A stretch of DNA of 64,000 nt from Smithellaceae bacterium (GTDB lineage Bacteria > Desulfobacterota > Syntrophia > Syntrophales > Smithellaceae), in contig CAXXVL010000002.1 of the NCBI GenBank assembly GCA_963667845.2, forward strand, positions 1,248,001 to 1,312,000. Direction: 5' to 3'. The notes beneath the pieces are model-generated. The model did no database searches and had not been told where the DNA came from. It saw only the letters and a list, made by a program, of their open reading frames with translations. A program made the translations under genes and the position numbers. This document shows positions 20,657-31,275 of this stretch, in pieces (positions within the stretch are counted from its first letter, which is position 1; each line of letters opens with the position of its first letter).

Positions 20657-20687
20657 CGGTCATCGAATTACGGATTCTCCATCTCTG

Positions 20688-20723
20688 ACGGAAAAGGCGC
20701 GATCGATGACGCGCCCTTTCCGT
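20688..20723 (+). terminator. Terminator-like hairpin ending the chemosensory operon
   Basis: ACGGAAAAGGCGCG / CGCGCCCTTTCCGT stem with one mismatch, followed by TCTT. Confidence 0.55.
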
Positions 20724-20984
20724 TCTTCCGGTCCCATAGTTATGCAGTAATTTGGCGGCGATTCACGTCCGATCATTCATGTCGTTTCTCGTGGAGAAGT
20801 TTGCTGCCTGACTTTTCACTTTCAGCGTTATTGTCTCTAAGCGTCGGCGAAGGGCGGCAATCGCTGATGCGCGAATAGCGGACGGATTGGCACGGCGCGC
20901 AAAGGCCCGATCGGGGAAAATGAAGTCCCTTTGATTTCCGCTATGCCAGTCACTCGACCGCCGGGGCGTTAAATCCAGCGCCGG

Positions 20985-21368
20985 TTACTTGCCGTCTCCG
21001 ATCAGCGGCAGGACATTGTCCACGTGAAAATAGACCAGGAACTTCGAGGTATTTGCGTACTTACCTTCAACTTCAGGATATTTCTTCCGGCGGATTTCAT
21101 CGATCAGCGGACTGTCTTTTTCTTCGCGCAGCTTGGTGATATAAAGCCTGCGGCCTTCATAATGTCCTGCTTCTTTGAAGATATAGACGGCATGAGGGTT
21201 CTCCGTGAGGTTGGCGTGGGTGAGCTTATCCGCGGCAATGAAGGCGATCGTTTGTTCGTCGATAAAGTGCGGCCTTCCATAGATGGCCGCGTCGACCCGG
21301 CCGCTCTCGCCGGCGGTAGCGAGAACACCGAAACCGTCAGCTTTGTCAAAATATTCGCTTAACGTCAT
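20985..21368 (-). CDS. Pyridoxamine 5'-phosphate oxidase-like FMN-binding protein
   Basis: GVLATA...G.V.AAIY.RP and T..NL.ENP split-barrel pattern. Confidence 0.8.
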   Translation of the reverse strand: MTLSEYFDKADGFGVLATAGESGRVDAAIYGRPHFIDEQTIAFIAADKLTHANLTENPHAVYIFKEAGHYEGRRLYITKLREEKDSPLIDEIRRKKYPEVEGKYANTSKFLVYFHVDNVLPLIGDGK

Positions 21369-21667
21369 ATTGCCTCCTTTGAGGATATAGGGATTTCCTT
21401 TAATCTAACGCGGAATCGCAGGATTGTAAAGGGTCATGCTGCCCTTGTGTTTTCTTATTACATCTCTTTGGCGAGTCTGCACCGGCAATGGCTTAAAAAT
21501 ATCTCGAAATATTTCTTTAAAGTAATTAAAATATACCCATGTGATTTAAAAGTTTGTTGCCCGATACGGTCGGCTGATTTGCCGCAACGTTATTCCCGGT
21601 GCCGGTCGCTCATCCCGTAAAGGCTTTCGATGTTTGAACCGGCGCCCTTCATTTGTCGAGGTGCGAT

Positions 21668-22699
21668 ATGGTTTCGGATCATGGCAATGCCCAAAATAAT
21701 TTGACCATACATGTTCTGCGCAAAGAGTTATCCCCCTTTGCGAAACCCGACATCGGCAGGTCCATCCTGCAAATGATCGACACGTTTATTCCCTACCTGG
21801 GGCTTTGGGCGATACTCATTTACATGGTTAACCGGAGCTACCCCGCTTACATCATTATCCCGCTGATGGTTTTGGCCTCCCTGTTTCTGGTGCGGATCTT
21901 TATTTTTTTTCACGATTGCACGCATACCTCTTTCTTCGCATCGCGTCGCGCCAATACAATCCTGGGTTATGTCTGCGGTATTCTAACTTTTACGCCCTTT
22001 AATTACTGGCAGCGCAATCACCTGGTACATCACGGTTCATACGCGGACCTGGATAAACGAGGCCTGGGGGATATCTGGACTTTGACGGTTGAGGAGTACC
22101 GGTCCGCATCGAAGAGGCGGCAACTGGGTTACAGGCTCTATCGGAATCCGCTTGTGTTTCTCGGCGTAGGCCCGGGTTACTTTTTTTTGTTCACGCAGCG
22201 ATTGCTCCACCAGTGGAAAGGCAAGGATGAGCGTTTCAGTATTTTGTTTACGAATCTGGCCATAGTGATCATTGTTTTAGCAGCCAGCCTGACAATGGGT
22301 TTAAAAACGTATCTGATCATCCAGGTACCGGTGATGCTGATATCCGGTGCCATCGGGGTCTGGCTGTTCTATGTTCAGCATCAATTCGAGGGGGTCTACT
22401 GGTCCCGGCATGAAGATTGGGATCCGGTGAAGGCGGCACTGAAGGGAAGCTCGTATTATAAGCTGCCCAGGGTGCTCCAGTGGTTTACGGGGAATATCGG
22501 TTTTCACCATGTCCATCATGTTTTGCCCCGCATTCCGAATTATAAGCTGCAGAAATGCTACGATCAAACGCCTGTTCTGCAATCCGTCCGTCCGCTCGGC
22601 ATTGCCAGAAGTCTCAAGTCGCTGTGGCTGAATCTGTGGGATGAAAAAGAACAGAAGCTGGTCAGCTTTCGGTCTCTGAAGACGGCAAAAACCGGCTAA
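21668..22699 (+). CDS. Membrane fatty acid desaturase
   Basis: Three His boxes (HDCTH, HLVHH, HHVHH), FYVQHQFE and TM segments. Start at ATG 21668, after GAGG. Confidence 0.93.
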   Translation: MVSDHGNAQNNLTIHVLRKELSPFAKPDIGRSILQMIDTFIPYLGLWAILIYMVNRSYPAYIIIPLMVLASLFLVRIFIFFHDCTHTSFFASRRANTILGYVCGILTFTPFNYWQRNHLVHHGSYADLDKRGLGDIWTLTVEEYRSASKRRQLGYRLYRNPLVFLGVGPGYFFLFTQRLLHQWKGKDERFSILFTNLAIVIIVLAASLTMGLKTYLIIQVPVMLISGAIGVWLFYVQHQFEGVYWSRHEDWDPVKAALKGSSYYKLPRVLQWFTGNIGFHHVHHVLPRIPNYKLQKCYDQTPVLQSVRPLGIARSLKSLWLNLWDEKEQKLVSFRSLKTAKTG

Positions 22700-22834
22700 A
22701 GCAAAAATATCTCGTGAATTGTCGCGAAATGAAATAGGCCGGATTCGCCAGTCCTGCGGCGGCCTCTATCGGGCCTTCCGGTGCGGTCGGGCAAATAGAT
22801 CATTTGGTCATCGGGTGATTTGACTATTTATAAT

Positions 22835-22870
22835 TTCCCTCCCCTTGTGGGAGGGGATTAAGGGAGGGGG
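22835..22870. repeat. REP-like pyrimidine/purine palindromic element
   Basis: TTCCCTCCCCTTGTGGGAGGGGATTAAGGGAGGGGG between convergent genes; single copy in the window. Confidence 0.45.
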
Positions 22871-23034
22871 TGCAGGGTGCTGCCCTGCCCGCTACAAATG
22901 TTTAGATCCGCTTGCTACCTGCGCCGGAGCAACCATGCTGTTCAATCGCAGGACAATTATGCCGGCACGAAAATTATCTTGCTTCCGTTTTCTCTTTACT
23001 AACAGTCTAATAGCCTGCAGGCTAACAGCCTTTT

Positions 23035-23589
23035 TCATGTCTTCTCGAAATGATGATAATCCTTCGGCTGTTCAAAATTGCCTCCCCAGTGCCAGCCGCG
23101 TTTGACAAATTCCTGAACAACAGGATGCTTGGCAGTGAAAGTGCCCTTGTTGTGCGTCCGATAGGCGGCTCCGGCCGGCGCGACGATGCCTGCGGGATAG
23201 ATCACCGGGTTTTGCACGGGATTGATATCCAGAGCCCTGCCAAAGGAGTGCAGCGACAGTTTATTGGTGTCCGCGATGACGCGGAAGTTGAAGGCGGACG
23301 AGTTGTTGTCCGCCATCGAATCGCCGTCTTCCCATTGATAAGCGACAATAGGAATGACCTTACCGACGGGAAACTTGAATTCCTCGATTCGCGCAAATAT
23401 CTCGTAGATGTCATCTTCCAGCCGGGCGTCGGCAACGATTTGTCCCTGATGGCGCAGGCCGTCAAAGGAGTAATAGATCACATCGATGAGCGACAGCGAA
23501 TCGATGATTTCGAGCGGCGCCAGGCTGCCTTCGACCGCCTCGGCAAAGGTCATGGTGCTGTCGATGATGATTTCATTCTTGTTGTTCAT
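23035..23589 (-). CDS. M15 family zinc metallopeptidase (peptidoglycan stem peptidase)
   Basis: SLHSFGRALD (SxHxxGxAxD), WGG.F and DYHHF. Confidence 0.9.
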   Translation of the reverse strand: MNNKNEIIIDSTMTFAEAVEGSLAPLEIIDSLSLIDVIYYSFDGLRHQGQIVADARLEDDIYEIFARIEEFKFPVGKVIPIVAYQWEDGDSMADNNSSAFNFRVIADTNKLSLHSFGRALDINPVQNPVIYPAGIVAPAGAAYRTHNKGTFTAKHPVVQEFVKRGWHWGGNFEQPKDYHHFEKT

Positions 23590-23684
23590 TAAAAATCCTT
23601 TAGAAAAGCATGCCTGGTAGGAACAGTCCTGCCGCCCGCAGGGGTGGTCGCGATTGTTCTCTACAGATGGTCCGTTAATTTATT

Positions 23685-26126
23685 TTAAAACTTTTTTACG
23701 ATCTTATCGACTGTTTCGTCGTCCAATGAAACTTCGCGGTAAAGGCTGCGCATGCCGGCGCAATCCAATCGTTCGAAATCAATTAATTTCGGTGTGACGA
23801 CGACTCCTGCCATATCGACGGCTCCGGGAGAAATGAATACTTTTTCATCGCCTTTCGCGTAGTAGGCGTCCGGACGATGCTTCCGGCGCAGGAAAACCGT
23901 GAGAAGCCAGTGATCCTTGTCATAAGCGCAAAGGATATTCATGAGCGGCTCATCCGGCGTCGCGAGCACCGTTTGGGCGCTTCGCACAAGGTTCAGAAAT
24001 TGTCCCGTCAGAGCCCCGGCATCTGCGGATGCAAGCATAACAACGGCGCGATCCACGTCCTTGCCGACACTGAAACGGACACCGGATATTTCCAGGATTG
24101 CCGGAAGATTCCGGAGCTCATTCAGATACGGGAGGGCGCCTGCGGGAACCATCTGGAAATGCAGATGGTCGGGGGCGGAGGCCCCGCAGGCCGGGCCGTT
24201 GTAAAATGCGGTATAATCCGGCGCCGCATCGGCCGCCAGTTGCATGAGCGCCGGCAGAGACGTTGTGATTTCCTGCTGAATATGCCGGCGGCTGACAACC
24301 GTAAAGTGATGATGAAAAATCGGTGCGGGATTGCACAGAATCAGGAAATGGCTGCGGTACAGGATGCCTGCCTGCCCGGCCGGAAGGCTTCCGGCGCACA
24401 GGAAACAGGGCCGTTTTTTAATTGATTCCGCATCCACCGCCGCGCCGCTGCTGAGCGCCCGCCCGGGGTTAAATTGCAGCGTGACCCTGTAGCGGTCGCA
24501 GGAAAGCGTTTTCTCGCGTGCCCGGGCCAGATCACCGCAGGCTGCGGTCAACTGCGGCCAGCTCTTTTTCTGCGACACAAACAGATCATCGCACAGCGGG
24601 GGAAGAGCCGGCTGGCCCGGCGTCGGAAATTCCGCAAAGATCTGATCCGGCGTTTCCGCCTTTCTCGCCGGGACGGATAAAGCCGCGCGAAGCGCCCGGC
24701 ATTCGACGGAGTTGCTGTTCAGCAGTTGCCTGGCCTGAATCTCCATGGTCCGCAATCTGTCTTTGTAAAAATCGTTGCGGTTCTGTTTTTCGACGGAAAG
24801 CCCGGCGTCGGTGTTATCCGCCCAGCGGCGGCACAAATAGAGGCTTTCATAGATCCGGCCGATTTTGTAGTCACGCGACAGCCGGAGCGCTGCCGCGTAA
24901 TCTTCACCGTAGCTTACGTTGGGGAAGCCGATCTGCCGGATGACGGCCGTATCAAAGGCGCGCGGCGCACCCAGGCCGTTGACGCGCAGCAGATTATTGT
25001 GGCCATTGGCCTTCGTCCATTCCCGGTGGTCGATGACACCCGGAGGGATGGGTTTGAGCTTTTCATTGACCAGCGTGTAGGAACCGGCAAGCATCGCGTA
25101 ACGGCCGCGGCGCAGAGCATTGATGATTTTTTGCAGAGTGTGCGGCGAACTATAGAGATCGTCCGAATCCAGCTGAACAGCGTAGCGACCGCAGTGAGGC
25201 GAGGCAATTGCTTCGTTCCAGCAGCCGCCGATGCCCAGATCGCGTCTTTCGGGGATTATATGCAGGATATGAGGATATTGTGCCGCAAATTTCTTTAACA
25301 GGCCCGTTGTTCCGTCCGTGGAATGATTGTCTACAACCAGGATGTTGAAAGGAAAGTCGGTTTTTTGCCCGAGCGCGCTGGTGAGCGCATCGGCAATGGT
25401 TTCCTCCCGGTTGCGCACCGGAATCACGACACTGGCCTTCCAAAGCGCATCTTCCTGTATGCCCTTTGCCTGCCCGGTTCGCGCCGGCAGGTGCGCCCCG
25501 ATTCGTTTCAAGTGCGCGGTTGCGATTTTCTCAAACCTTTTCTGCCTCCCGGCATTCTCCTTAGCAACATACGCAAAGTGCGCCTCCGTCGGCTTGCCGG
25601 CTTTCTTTACCGGTTTCTGTTTTTTACGAGACGCGGTGTATGAAAACTCCGGGACATGGAGCAGCGAATGATCGGCGGAGACTTTCAGGCGTAAATCGTA
25701 CAGAGCGGTTTCGGGATCGGAGGGCAACGCCCCGTATTTCGCAAGTGCCGCCTTGGCGGCCGGGACCGAAACGATAAAAAAGTGACCGAAGTTGAAATTG
25801 TCGCGGATGGAGCCCGGTTGGCAATCCAGGAGCGGATGCTCGATAAGACGGCCGCCGTCATTGTCGAGATAATCCGAATAAATCATACCCGCGCGGGTTT
25901 CGCGGACGAGGCGAAGGAGTCTGCACAATGCCTGCACGTCACAGGCAACATCCGTCGCGGAATCCAGTATAAAAAGAAAATTGGACGAGAGGGTGTTGAT
26001 GAATCGCGACGGCCGGTGCAGTTCTCCGGGTTGGACATCGCTTGCGGGCCAGGCGTCCTGAGCTTGCTGCTCGTTGGCCGCACCCCAGAGGAAAAAGCGC
26101 CCCAATCTGTATAGCGAAGGTTTCAT
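23685..26126 (-). CDS. Fusion of a family 2 glycosyltransferase and a DUF4922 (HIT-like HxHxQ nucleotidyltransferase/phosphorylase) domain
   Basis: SVVIPVRN, VVDNHSTDGT, LDSDD and YGEDY (GT2), then QFNPGR, RPCFLC, YNGPACGASAPDHLHFQ and SPGAVDMAG. Confidence 0.85.
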   Translation of the reverse strand: MKPSLYRLGRFFLWGAANEQQAQDAWPASDVQPGELHRPSRFINTLSSNFLFILDSATDVACDVQALCRLLRLVRETRAGMIYSDYLDNDGGRLIEHPLLDCQPGSIRDNFNFGHFFIVSVPAAKAALAKYGALPSDPETALYDLRLKVSADHSLLHVPEFSYTASRKKQKPVKKAGKPTEAHFAYVAKENAGRQKRFEKIATAHLKRIGAHLPARTGQAKGIQEDALWKASVVIPVRNREETIADALTSALGQKTDFPFNILVVDNHSTDGTTGLLKKFAAQYPHILHIIPERRDLGIGGCWNEAIASPHCGRYAVQLDSDDLYSSPHTLQKIINALRRGRYAMLAGSYTLVNEKLKPIPPGVIDHREWTKANGHNNLLRVNGLGAPRAFDTAVIRQIGFPNVSYGEDYAAALRLSRDYKIGRIYESLYLCRRWADNTDAGLSVEKQNRNDFYKDRLRTMEIQARQLLNSNSVECRALRAALSVPARKAETPDQIFAEFPTPGQPALPPLCDDLFVSQKKSWPQLTAACGDLARAREKTLSCDRYRVTLQFNPGRALSSGAAVDAESIKKRPCFLCAGSLPAGQAGILYRSHFLILCNPAPIFHHHFTVVSRRHIQQEITTSLPALMQLAADAAPDYTAFYNGPACGASAPDHLHFQMVPAGALPYLNELRNLPAILEISGVRFSVGKDVDRAVVMLASADAGALTGQFLNLVRSAQTVLATPDEPLMNILCAYDKDHWLLTVFLRRKHRPDAYYAKGDEKVFISPGAVDMAGVVVTPKLIDFERLDCAGMRSLYREVSLDDETVDKIVKKF

Positions 26127-26144
26127 GGACTCTTGTGCCGACTG

Positions 26145-26699
26145 TTAAAAATTAGCCATCATCAGGTTAAACGCTTTTTCCGCCGTGTCGGCGGACAATT
26201 TGGCAAGTGCCCGTTTTCGGGTGGCAGGCAGTAAATTGATGTCATCCTGCAGTTCGTAATCAACGGTCGCCGTAATATTTCGCGAAGACCAGAGCATTTT
26301 GCCGCTGTCCTTTTCCCGGAAGGAGACCTCCAGGGTGACGGTCATCCGCTCTTCTGCGGCCAGGATGCTTTTCCGGTAGGAAAGCGCGGTGGCATTAAGG
26401 TTGAGGACTTTGCCGCTGATGACGGCGTCCGCCTCCTCGATATCCGCAACGGTCTTAAAGCGGCTGTATTGAAGTATCTGATCGATGAACGCCGTCCGCA
26501 TGAAATTTTCGATTTCCGCCTGGGCGGTTTTGTTGGCGAAGGGTTCGACATAAATTCTTTTGATGCGGGCATCGATGTGCTCACCTTGAGGCGCAAAGGC
26601 GTAGCCGCAGCCCAGGACGACCGAAAACAGGCCCGCAAACAGGACCAGTTTAATTTTGAAAAATAGATTTTTCGTTTTCATAAATTTCCACAAGCTCAT
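26145..26699 (-). CDS. lptE: LptE-family outer-membrane lipoprotein
   Basis: Lipobox VLG-CGY, IYVEPF.N.T, and the usual position directly after leuS. Confidence 0.8.
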   Translation of the reverse strand: MSLWKFMKTKNLFFKIKLVLFAGLFSVVLGCGYAFAPQGEHIDARIKRIYVEPFANKTAQAEIENFMRTAFIDQILQYSRFKTVADIEEADAVISGKVLNLNATALSYRKSILAAEERMTVTLEVSFREKDSGKMLWSSRNITATVDYELQDDINLLPATRKRALAKLSADTAEKAFNLMMANF

Positions 26700-29275
26700 T
26701 GAGCAACGACGATGTTCACCAGTTTTTTCGGAACATAAATAATTTTCAGGATTTTGGTCCCTTTAAGCAGCGCAGTGATTTTTTCATCCGCCTGAGCGTC
26801 CGCCTTGATCTTCTCCGGGTCCTCATCCACGGGCACGGTCATCCGGCTCCTAAGTTTGCCGTTGATTTGAACGACAATCGTCATTTCTTCTTCGCTGGCG
26901 ATATGAGGATCGAAGTCCGGCCAGGGTGCATCGGCTACGGAGGTGCTGTGCCCCAGCATCTGCCAGAGTTCTTCCGTGATATGCGGTACGATGGGCGCTA
27001 GGAGCAATACCGCCGTTTCCAGCGCTTCGCGGACCACCGAGAGAGTGAGCCGGTCGTCTTTTGCGGGACGCTTGACGGCATAAAGCTGGTTAACGAGCTC
27101 CATCACCGCGCTGATGGCGGTGTTGAAGTGGAAGCGGTCCTCGATGTCCTGTGTGACTTTGCGGATGGTCTGGTGCGTCTTGCGGCGGAGTGTCTTTACG
27201 TCGCCCGTGAGGGCGATATTTCCGGATATAGACGGGATCGATTTTATGTCTTCGAGGTAATCGTCGAAAATCCGCCACAGGCGCCCGAGGAACCGAAACG
27301 ATCCGTCCACGCCCTGTTCGCTCCACTCGAGGTCTTTCTCCGGCGGAGCCGCAAACAGGCAGAAGATCCGCGCGGTGTCCGCGCCGTAAGTCTTGACCAG
27401 GGAATCGGGATCGATGACATTCTTGAGGGACTTGGACATTTTTTCCGTTTTGCCGATGACGATACTCTGTCCGCAAATATGGCATTTGCCTTCCGCCGCC
27501 TGTTCCGGAAACAGGTAGCCGTGCTCCGGACATTTGGTGGTCTCCTTGCAGACCATCCCCTGCGTCAACAGATTGGTAAAGGGTTCGTCGACGCCGATGA
27601 CGCCGAAATCGCGCAGCACTTTTGTATAAAACCGTGCATAGAGCAGGTGCAAAATCGCATGTTCAATGCCCCCGATGTACTGGTCGACGGGCATCCAGTA
27701 ATCCAGTGCCTTGCGGTCCAGACCGGGTTTGGTGTCGCAGTGCGGGCTGCAATAGCGGTCGAAATACCAGGACGATTCCACGAATGTATCCATCGTGTCT
27801 GTTTCGCGCGCTGCCGGGCCTCCGCACTTGGGGCAGGTCGTATTGACAAATTCCGGAAGGGCCGCAAGCGGCGAGCCGCCCTCCGGGGTGAAAACGACAT
27901 TTTCGGGTAATACGACGGGCAGGTCTTCTTCCTTAACGGGAACGATGCCGCATTTTTCACAGTTGATCATGGGAATCGGTGCGCCCCAGTAACGCTGACG
28001 CGAGATGCCCCAGTCGCGCAGACGGTATTGTATTGTCCGCTTGCCCTTGCCCTGAGCTTCGAGAAAGTCGGCAATGGCTTCCATGACCTTGGTGTTTTCC
28101 ATGCCGTTGAACTGGCCGGAGTTGACCAGAATTCCTTCATCCACATAAGCTTCAGTCATCGTTGCCGGATCAAGCGTCCGGTCTTTCGGGGAGATGACGA
28201 CGATCAGCGGCAGGTTGAATTTTTTGGCAAATTCGAAGTCGCGCTGGTCGTGCGTGGGAACGGCCATGACGCAGCCGGTGCCGTAGTCGGCCAGAACGAA
28301 ATTGGCGGCGTAGATGGGCATTTTCCATCCGGTGAGGGGATTGAGACAGTAAGAATCCAGAAACAGACCTTCCTTCTCGTAATACTCGGAGGTCCGCATC
28401 AGCTTGTCCTGTTTTTTGACTTTCTCCACAAACTGCCGGACTTCTTTTTCGACCGCTTTACCTTTGACCAGTTCCATAACCAGCGGATGCTCCGCGGCCA
28501 CCAGCATAAACGTGGCGCCGAACAGCGTATCCTGCCGCGTGGTAAAAACTTTGATGGCGCCCGGTCCCGAGGCGTAAGGGAAATCCACCTCGCAGCCGTA
28601 GCTTTTGCCGATCCAGTTTTTCTGCATCGTCATGACGCGCTCCGGCCAGCCGGGGAGCCGGTCACAGTATTCCAGGAGCTCTTCGATGTAGGCCGTGATT
28701 TTAAAGAACCACTGATCGAGGACTTTCTCCGTTACTTCGGTGCCGCAGCGCCAGCACTGGCCGCCTTCGACTTGTTCGTTGGCCAGCACTGTGTCGCACT
28801 TGGCGCAGAAGTTGACGCTGGAGCGCTTTTTATAAGCAAGACCTTTTTCATACATCCAGATGAAAAAGAGCTGTTCCCAGCGGTAGTATTTCGGTTCGCA
28901 GGTGGCGATCTCCCGGTCCCAGTCGTAGCTGAAGCCCATGCGTTTGAGCTGTTTCTTCATGTGATCGATATTTTCATGGGTCCACTTTGAGGGATGAATT
29001 TTGTGTTCGATGGCGGCGTTTTCCGCGGGCATCCCGAAGGCGTCCCAGCCGATCGGGTGCAGGACATTGAACCCTTTCATGTGTTTATAGCGGGCGACCA
29101 CATCACCGATGGTGTAATTACGGACATGGCCGATATGGATCTTTCCGGACGGGTAGGGAAACATCTCCAAGAGGTAATATTTCTTTTTATCCGGGTCTTC
29201 CGTGACTTTAAAGGATTCCTCTTCTTCCCATTTCTTCTGCCATTTTTCCTCGATGGTAATCGGTTCGTACTTCAT
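26696..29275 (-). CDS. leuS: Leucine--tRNA ligase
   Basis: MFPYPSG, HIGH, KMSKS and SRQRYWG. Start moved to ATG 29275. Confidence 0.98.
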   Translation of the reverse strand: MKYEPITIEEKWQKKWEEEESFKVTEDPDKKKYYLLEMFPYPSGKIHIGHVRNYTIGDVVARYKHMKGFNVLHPIGWDAFGMPAENAAIEHKIHPSKWTHENIDHMKKQLKRMGFSYDWDREIATCEPKYYRWEQLFFIWMYEKGLAYKKRSSVNFCAKCDTVLANEQVEGGQCWRCGTEVTEKVLDQWFFKITAYIEELLEYCDRLPGWPERVMTMQKNWIGKSYGCEVDFPYASGPGAIKVFTTRQDTLFGATFMLVAAEHPLVMELVKGKAVEKEVRQFVEKVKKQDKLMRTSEYYEKEGLFLDSYCLNPLTGWKMPIYAANFVLADYGTGCVMAVPTHDQRDFEFAKKFNLPLIVVISPKDRTLDPATMTEAYVDEGILVNSGQFNGMENTKVMEAIADFLEAQGKGKRTIQYRLRDWGISRQRYWGAPIPMINCEKCGIVPVKEEDLPVVLPENVVFTPEGGSPLAALPEFVNTTCPKCGGPAARETDTMDTFVESSWYFDRYCSPHCDTKPGLDRKALDYWMPVDQYIGGIEHAILHLLYARFYTKVLRDFGVIGVDEPFTNLLTQGMVCKETTKCPEHGYLFPEQAAEGKCHICGQSIVIGKTEKMSKSLKNVIDPDSLVKTYGADTARIFCLFAAPPEKDLEWSEQGVDGSFRFLGRLWRIFDDYLEDIKSIPSISGNIALTGDVKTLRRKTHQTIRKVTQDIEDRFHFNTAISAVMELVNQLYAVKRPAKDDRLTLSVVREALETAVLLLAPIVPHITEELWQMLGHSTSVADAPWPDFDPHIASEEEMTIVVQINGKLRSRMTVPVDEDPEKIKADAQADEKITALLKGTKILKIIYVPKKLVNIVVAQ

Positions 29276-29408
29276 AAGTATCGTGTGCTCCCAAGTGATA
29301 TTAATCGGCGATTTGCTTAACATATTGGACAGGTCAGCGCAATGGGTTTGTTCCTTTCGGCTAAGGTGACGGATGAGGGATATGAGTAAGAGGATAACGG
29401 AGGTGTTC

Positions 29409-29507
29409 CAGGTTTTATGTGTTACGTTTTATGTTTTATGTAGTAATAATGGTCGCGTGCAGCGCTGACAAACTGCGTAACAGCTAACACGTAATACTTA
29501 AAACCTG
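29409..29507. repeat. Inverted array of heptamer repeats (long imperfect hairpin)
   Basis: CAG-GTTTTAT-GTGTTAC-GTTTTAT-GTTTTAT faces CGTAACA-GCTAACA-CGTAATA-CTTAAAA-CCTG. Confidence 0.65.
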
Positions 29508-29523
29508 ACTCTTTTATGCAGGA

Positions 29524-30516
29524 TCAAGCGGCTCTCGATGAGATTGTGTTCAGGCACTCGCGGGCGATTTCATTCAATACCGGTAAATCCCCGGTGTAGG
29601 AAGTTGCCACTACCAGATTCTTGATTCCGGTCGCCGTGTGCCTGAGGAAATCCGGTTTATTTTTTTTAAGTCCGAGAAAACCATAGGCACCCAGGGCCTG
29701 CATCAGCCGTTGGGCTGCGCCTTCCCAGAAGTAGTCGGTGAATTGATCCAGGCTGTACTCCGGTTCCATGATCCGGTAATAAAAGGCAATCAATTCGCTT
29801 CTTTCATCCGGTGTGAAGGTCACGTAAGGATCGCAGATCAGCGAACCCAGGTCGTAAAACAGATTGCCTGGCCGCATTCCCTGAAAATCGATGAAGACGG
29901 GCCGGTCATTTTTGATCAGGATATTCTGGGATTGGAAATCCCGGTGAATGAGACAAGGCTGCACATGCTGCATCCGGTCGATTAGCTCCTCGGATTCTCC
30001 TTTCCAATCGCGAAGCCGAGCGTCGGATAAATTAAGCCCGCAAACCGCTTCGACAAAATTCACCCGGAAATAATCATGTTCCCAGACGTAGAGCGCTCGG
30101 TCATACCCTTTGGCCATTTTCAAATCCGCCGGGACATCGGCCAATCGAATGCGATGCAGCCGGTGTATTTCGGAGAGCGCCTTCAAATAAAACGGCCGTC
30201 TTTTATACCAGGGGAGAGTGCGCAGCATGTATAAGTCAATCTCGCCCAGATCCTCCAGAAGCAGAAAATGTTGCCGGTGATCGAAGGCGATGATGAGGGG
30301 AACGGGAATATTCAGGTCATTCAGAAACCGGTTGATATCGGTCCAATAAGTGTTTTCCTCCACCTCGGTTCCGTAATGCATGAAGACAAAAGTCCTTCCG
30401 TCTCCGAGCAGCACGCGGGAAAAGACCCGGTCCGATCCGCCTTTTTCGATGGGTCTCAGGCGGAAATCTACGAGGCCAAGGTGATCATTCAAGAATCTTT
30501 GTGTGTCGCTGTCCAT
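29524..30516 (-). CDS. AmgK-like MurNAc/GlcNAc anomeric kinase (APH phosphotransferase family)
   Basis: GGSDRVFSR, LLEDLG, HRDFQSQN, IDFQG, YDLGSL.DPY and QRLMQALGAYGFL; adjacent to a MurU-like gene. Confidence 0.8.
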   Translation of the reverse strand: MDSDTQRFLNDHLGLVDFRLRPIEKGGSDRVFSRVLLGDGRTFVFMHYGTEVEENTYWTDINRFLNDLNIPVPLIIAFDHRQHFLLLEDLGEIDLYMLRTLPWYKRRPFYLKALSEIHRLHRIRLADVPADLKMAKGYDRALYVWEHDYFRVNFVEAVCGLNLSDARLRDWKGESEELIDRMQHVQPCLIHRDFQSQNILIKNDRPVFIDFQGMRPGNLFYDLGSLICDPYVTFTPDERSELIAFYYRIMEPEYSLDQFTDYFWEGAAQRLMQALGAYGFLGLKKNKPDFLRHTATGIKNLVVATSYTGDLPVLNEIARECLNTISSRAA

Positions 30517-30559
30517 TGGATTTGTGAATTCTTTCTGATGTATTTTTTATCAAGCTGCT

Positions 30560-31273
30560 TCACAATCCTTGTTGAGAAAGCTTGTTGTATTCTTCGATCG
30601 TTCCGACATCGTACCAGAAACCGTCGTCCAGCACAATGCCGCCGACGGAGCGGGGATTCTTCGCGATGCTCAAAATGAGCGGCAAGACAATCGATTCTAT
30701 CTTCCCGGCCGTGAGTTCGCGCAAACATGTTGTTTCCATAATGTAAATACCGGCAAACAAACAGCTCTGGACACCGGGGTTATGCAGAGCGTCTCTCATA
30801 TCGCAGATTAACCCGCGGGAGTCAATATTGACGTTGGTTAGCGGCCCGTGGCTGCGGAGCGCCAGGGTGGCTTGCGTTTGCAGATCAAAATGCCGTTCCA
30901 TGAGCGGTTTAAGTGGCAGATTTGTTATGATATCGCCGTTGTATACGATCAGGCGTTCGTCGTTGCAAAGCAGATCCTCGATGTTTTTAATGCCTCCCGC
31001 CGTATCGAGAAGCACCGGCTCGTGACGAAATGTGATGGGGATGCCCCGCCAGCAGCTGTCGGGAAAGACCTCCTGATATTTCTGCGCGCAGTGATGCGTG
31101 TTGACAATGAACCGCTTCACCCCGGCGCAGCGGAGATGGTCCATGGCGTAAGTGATGATCGGTCTGCCGCCGATCGGCAAAAGCGGCTTGGGTGTGTATT
31201 CCGTGAGCGGCCGAAGCCGCGTGCCCAAGCCTGCACCCAGAATGAAGGCGGTATGAATGTTTTGGGATGGCAC
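30560..31273 (-). CDS. MurU-like sugar-1-phosphate nucleotidyltransferase
   Basis: ILGAGLGTRLRPLT..PKPL, LDTAGG, YNGD and WYDVGT. Start moved to GTG 31273, after AAGGAG. Confidence 0.85.
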   Translation of the reverse strand: MPSQNIHTAFILGAGLGTRLRPLTEYTPKPLLPIGGRPIITYAMDHLRCAGVKRFIVNTHHCAQKYQEVFPDSCWRGIPITFRHEPVLLDTAGGIKNIEDLLCNDERLIVYNGDIITNLPLKPLMERHFDLQTQATLALRSHGPLTNVNIDSRGLICDMRDALHNPGVQSCLFAGIYIMETTCLRELTAGKIESIVLPLILSIAKNPRSVGGIVLDDGFWYDVGTIEEYNKLSQQGL

Positions 31274-31275
31274 GT

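Noticed and set aside
20725..20984. GC-rich intergenic stretch with TGGCAC, possible ncRNA or sigma-54 site
   Set aside because: No TTGC at the right spacing, it lies between convergent genes, and I recognise no RNA family.
29276..29523. Possible T-box riboswitch upstream of leuS
   Set aside because: No GGTGGnACCGCG T-box and no terminator/antiterminator pair on the minus strand.
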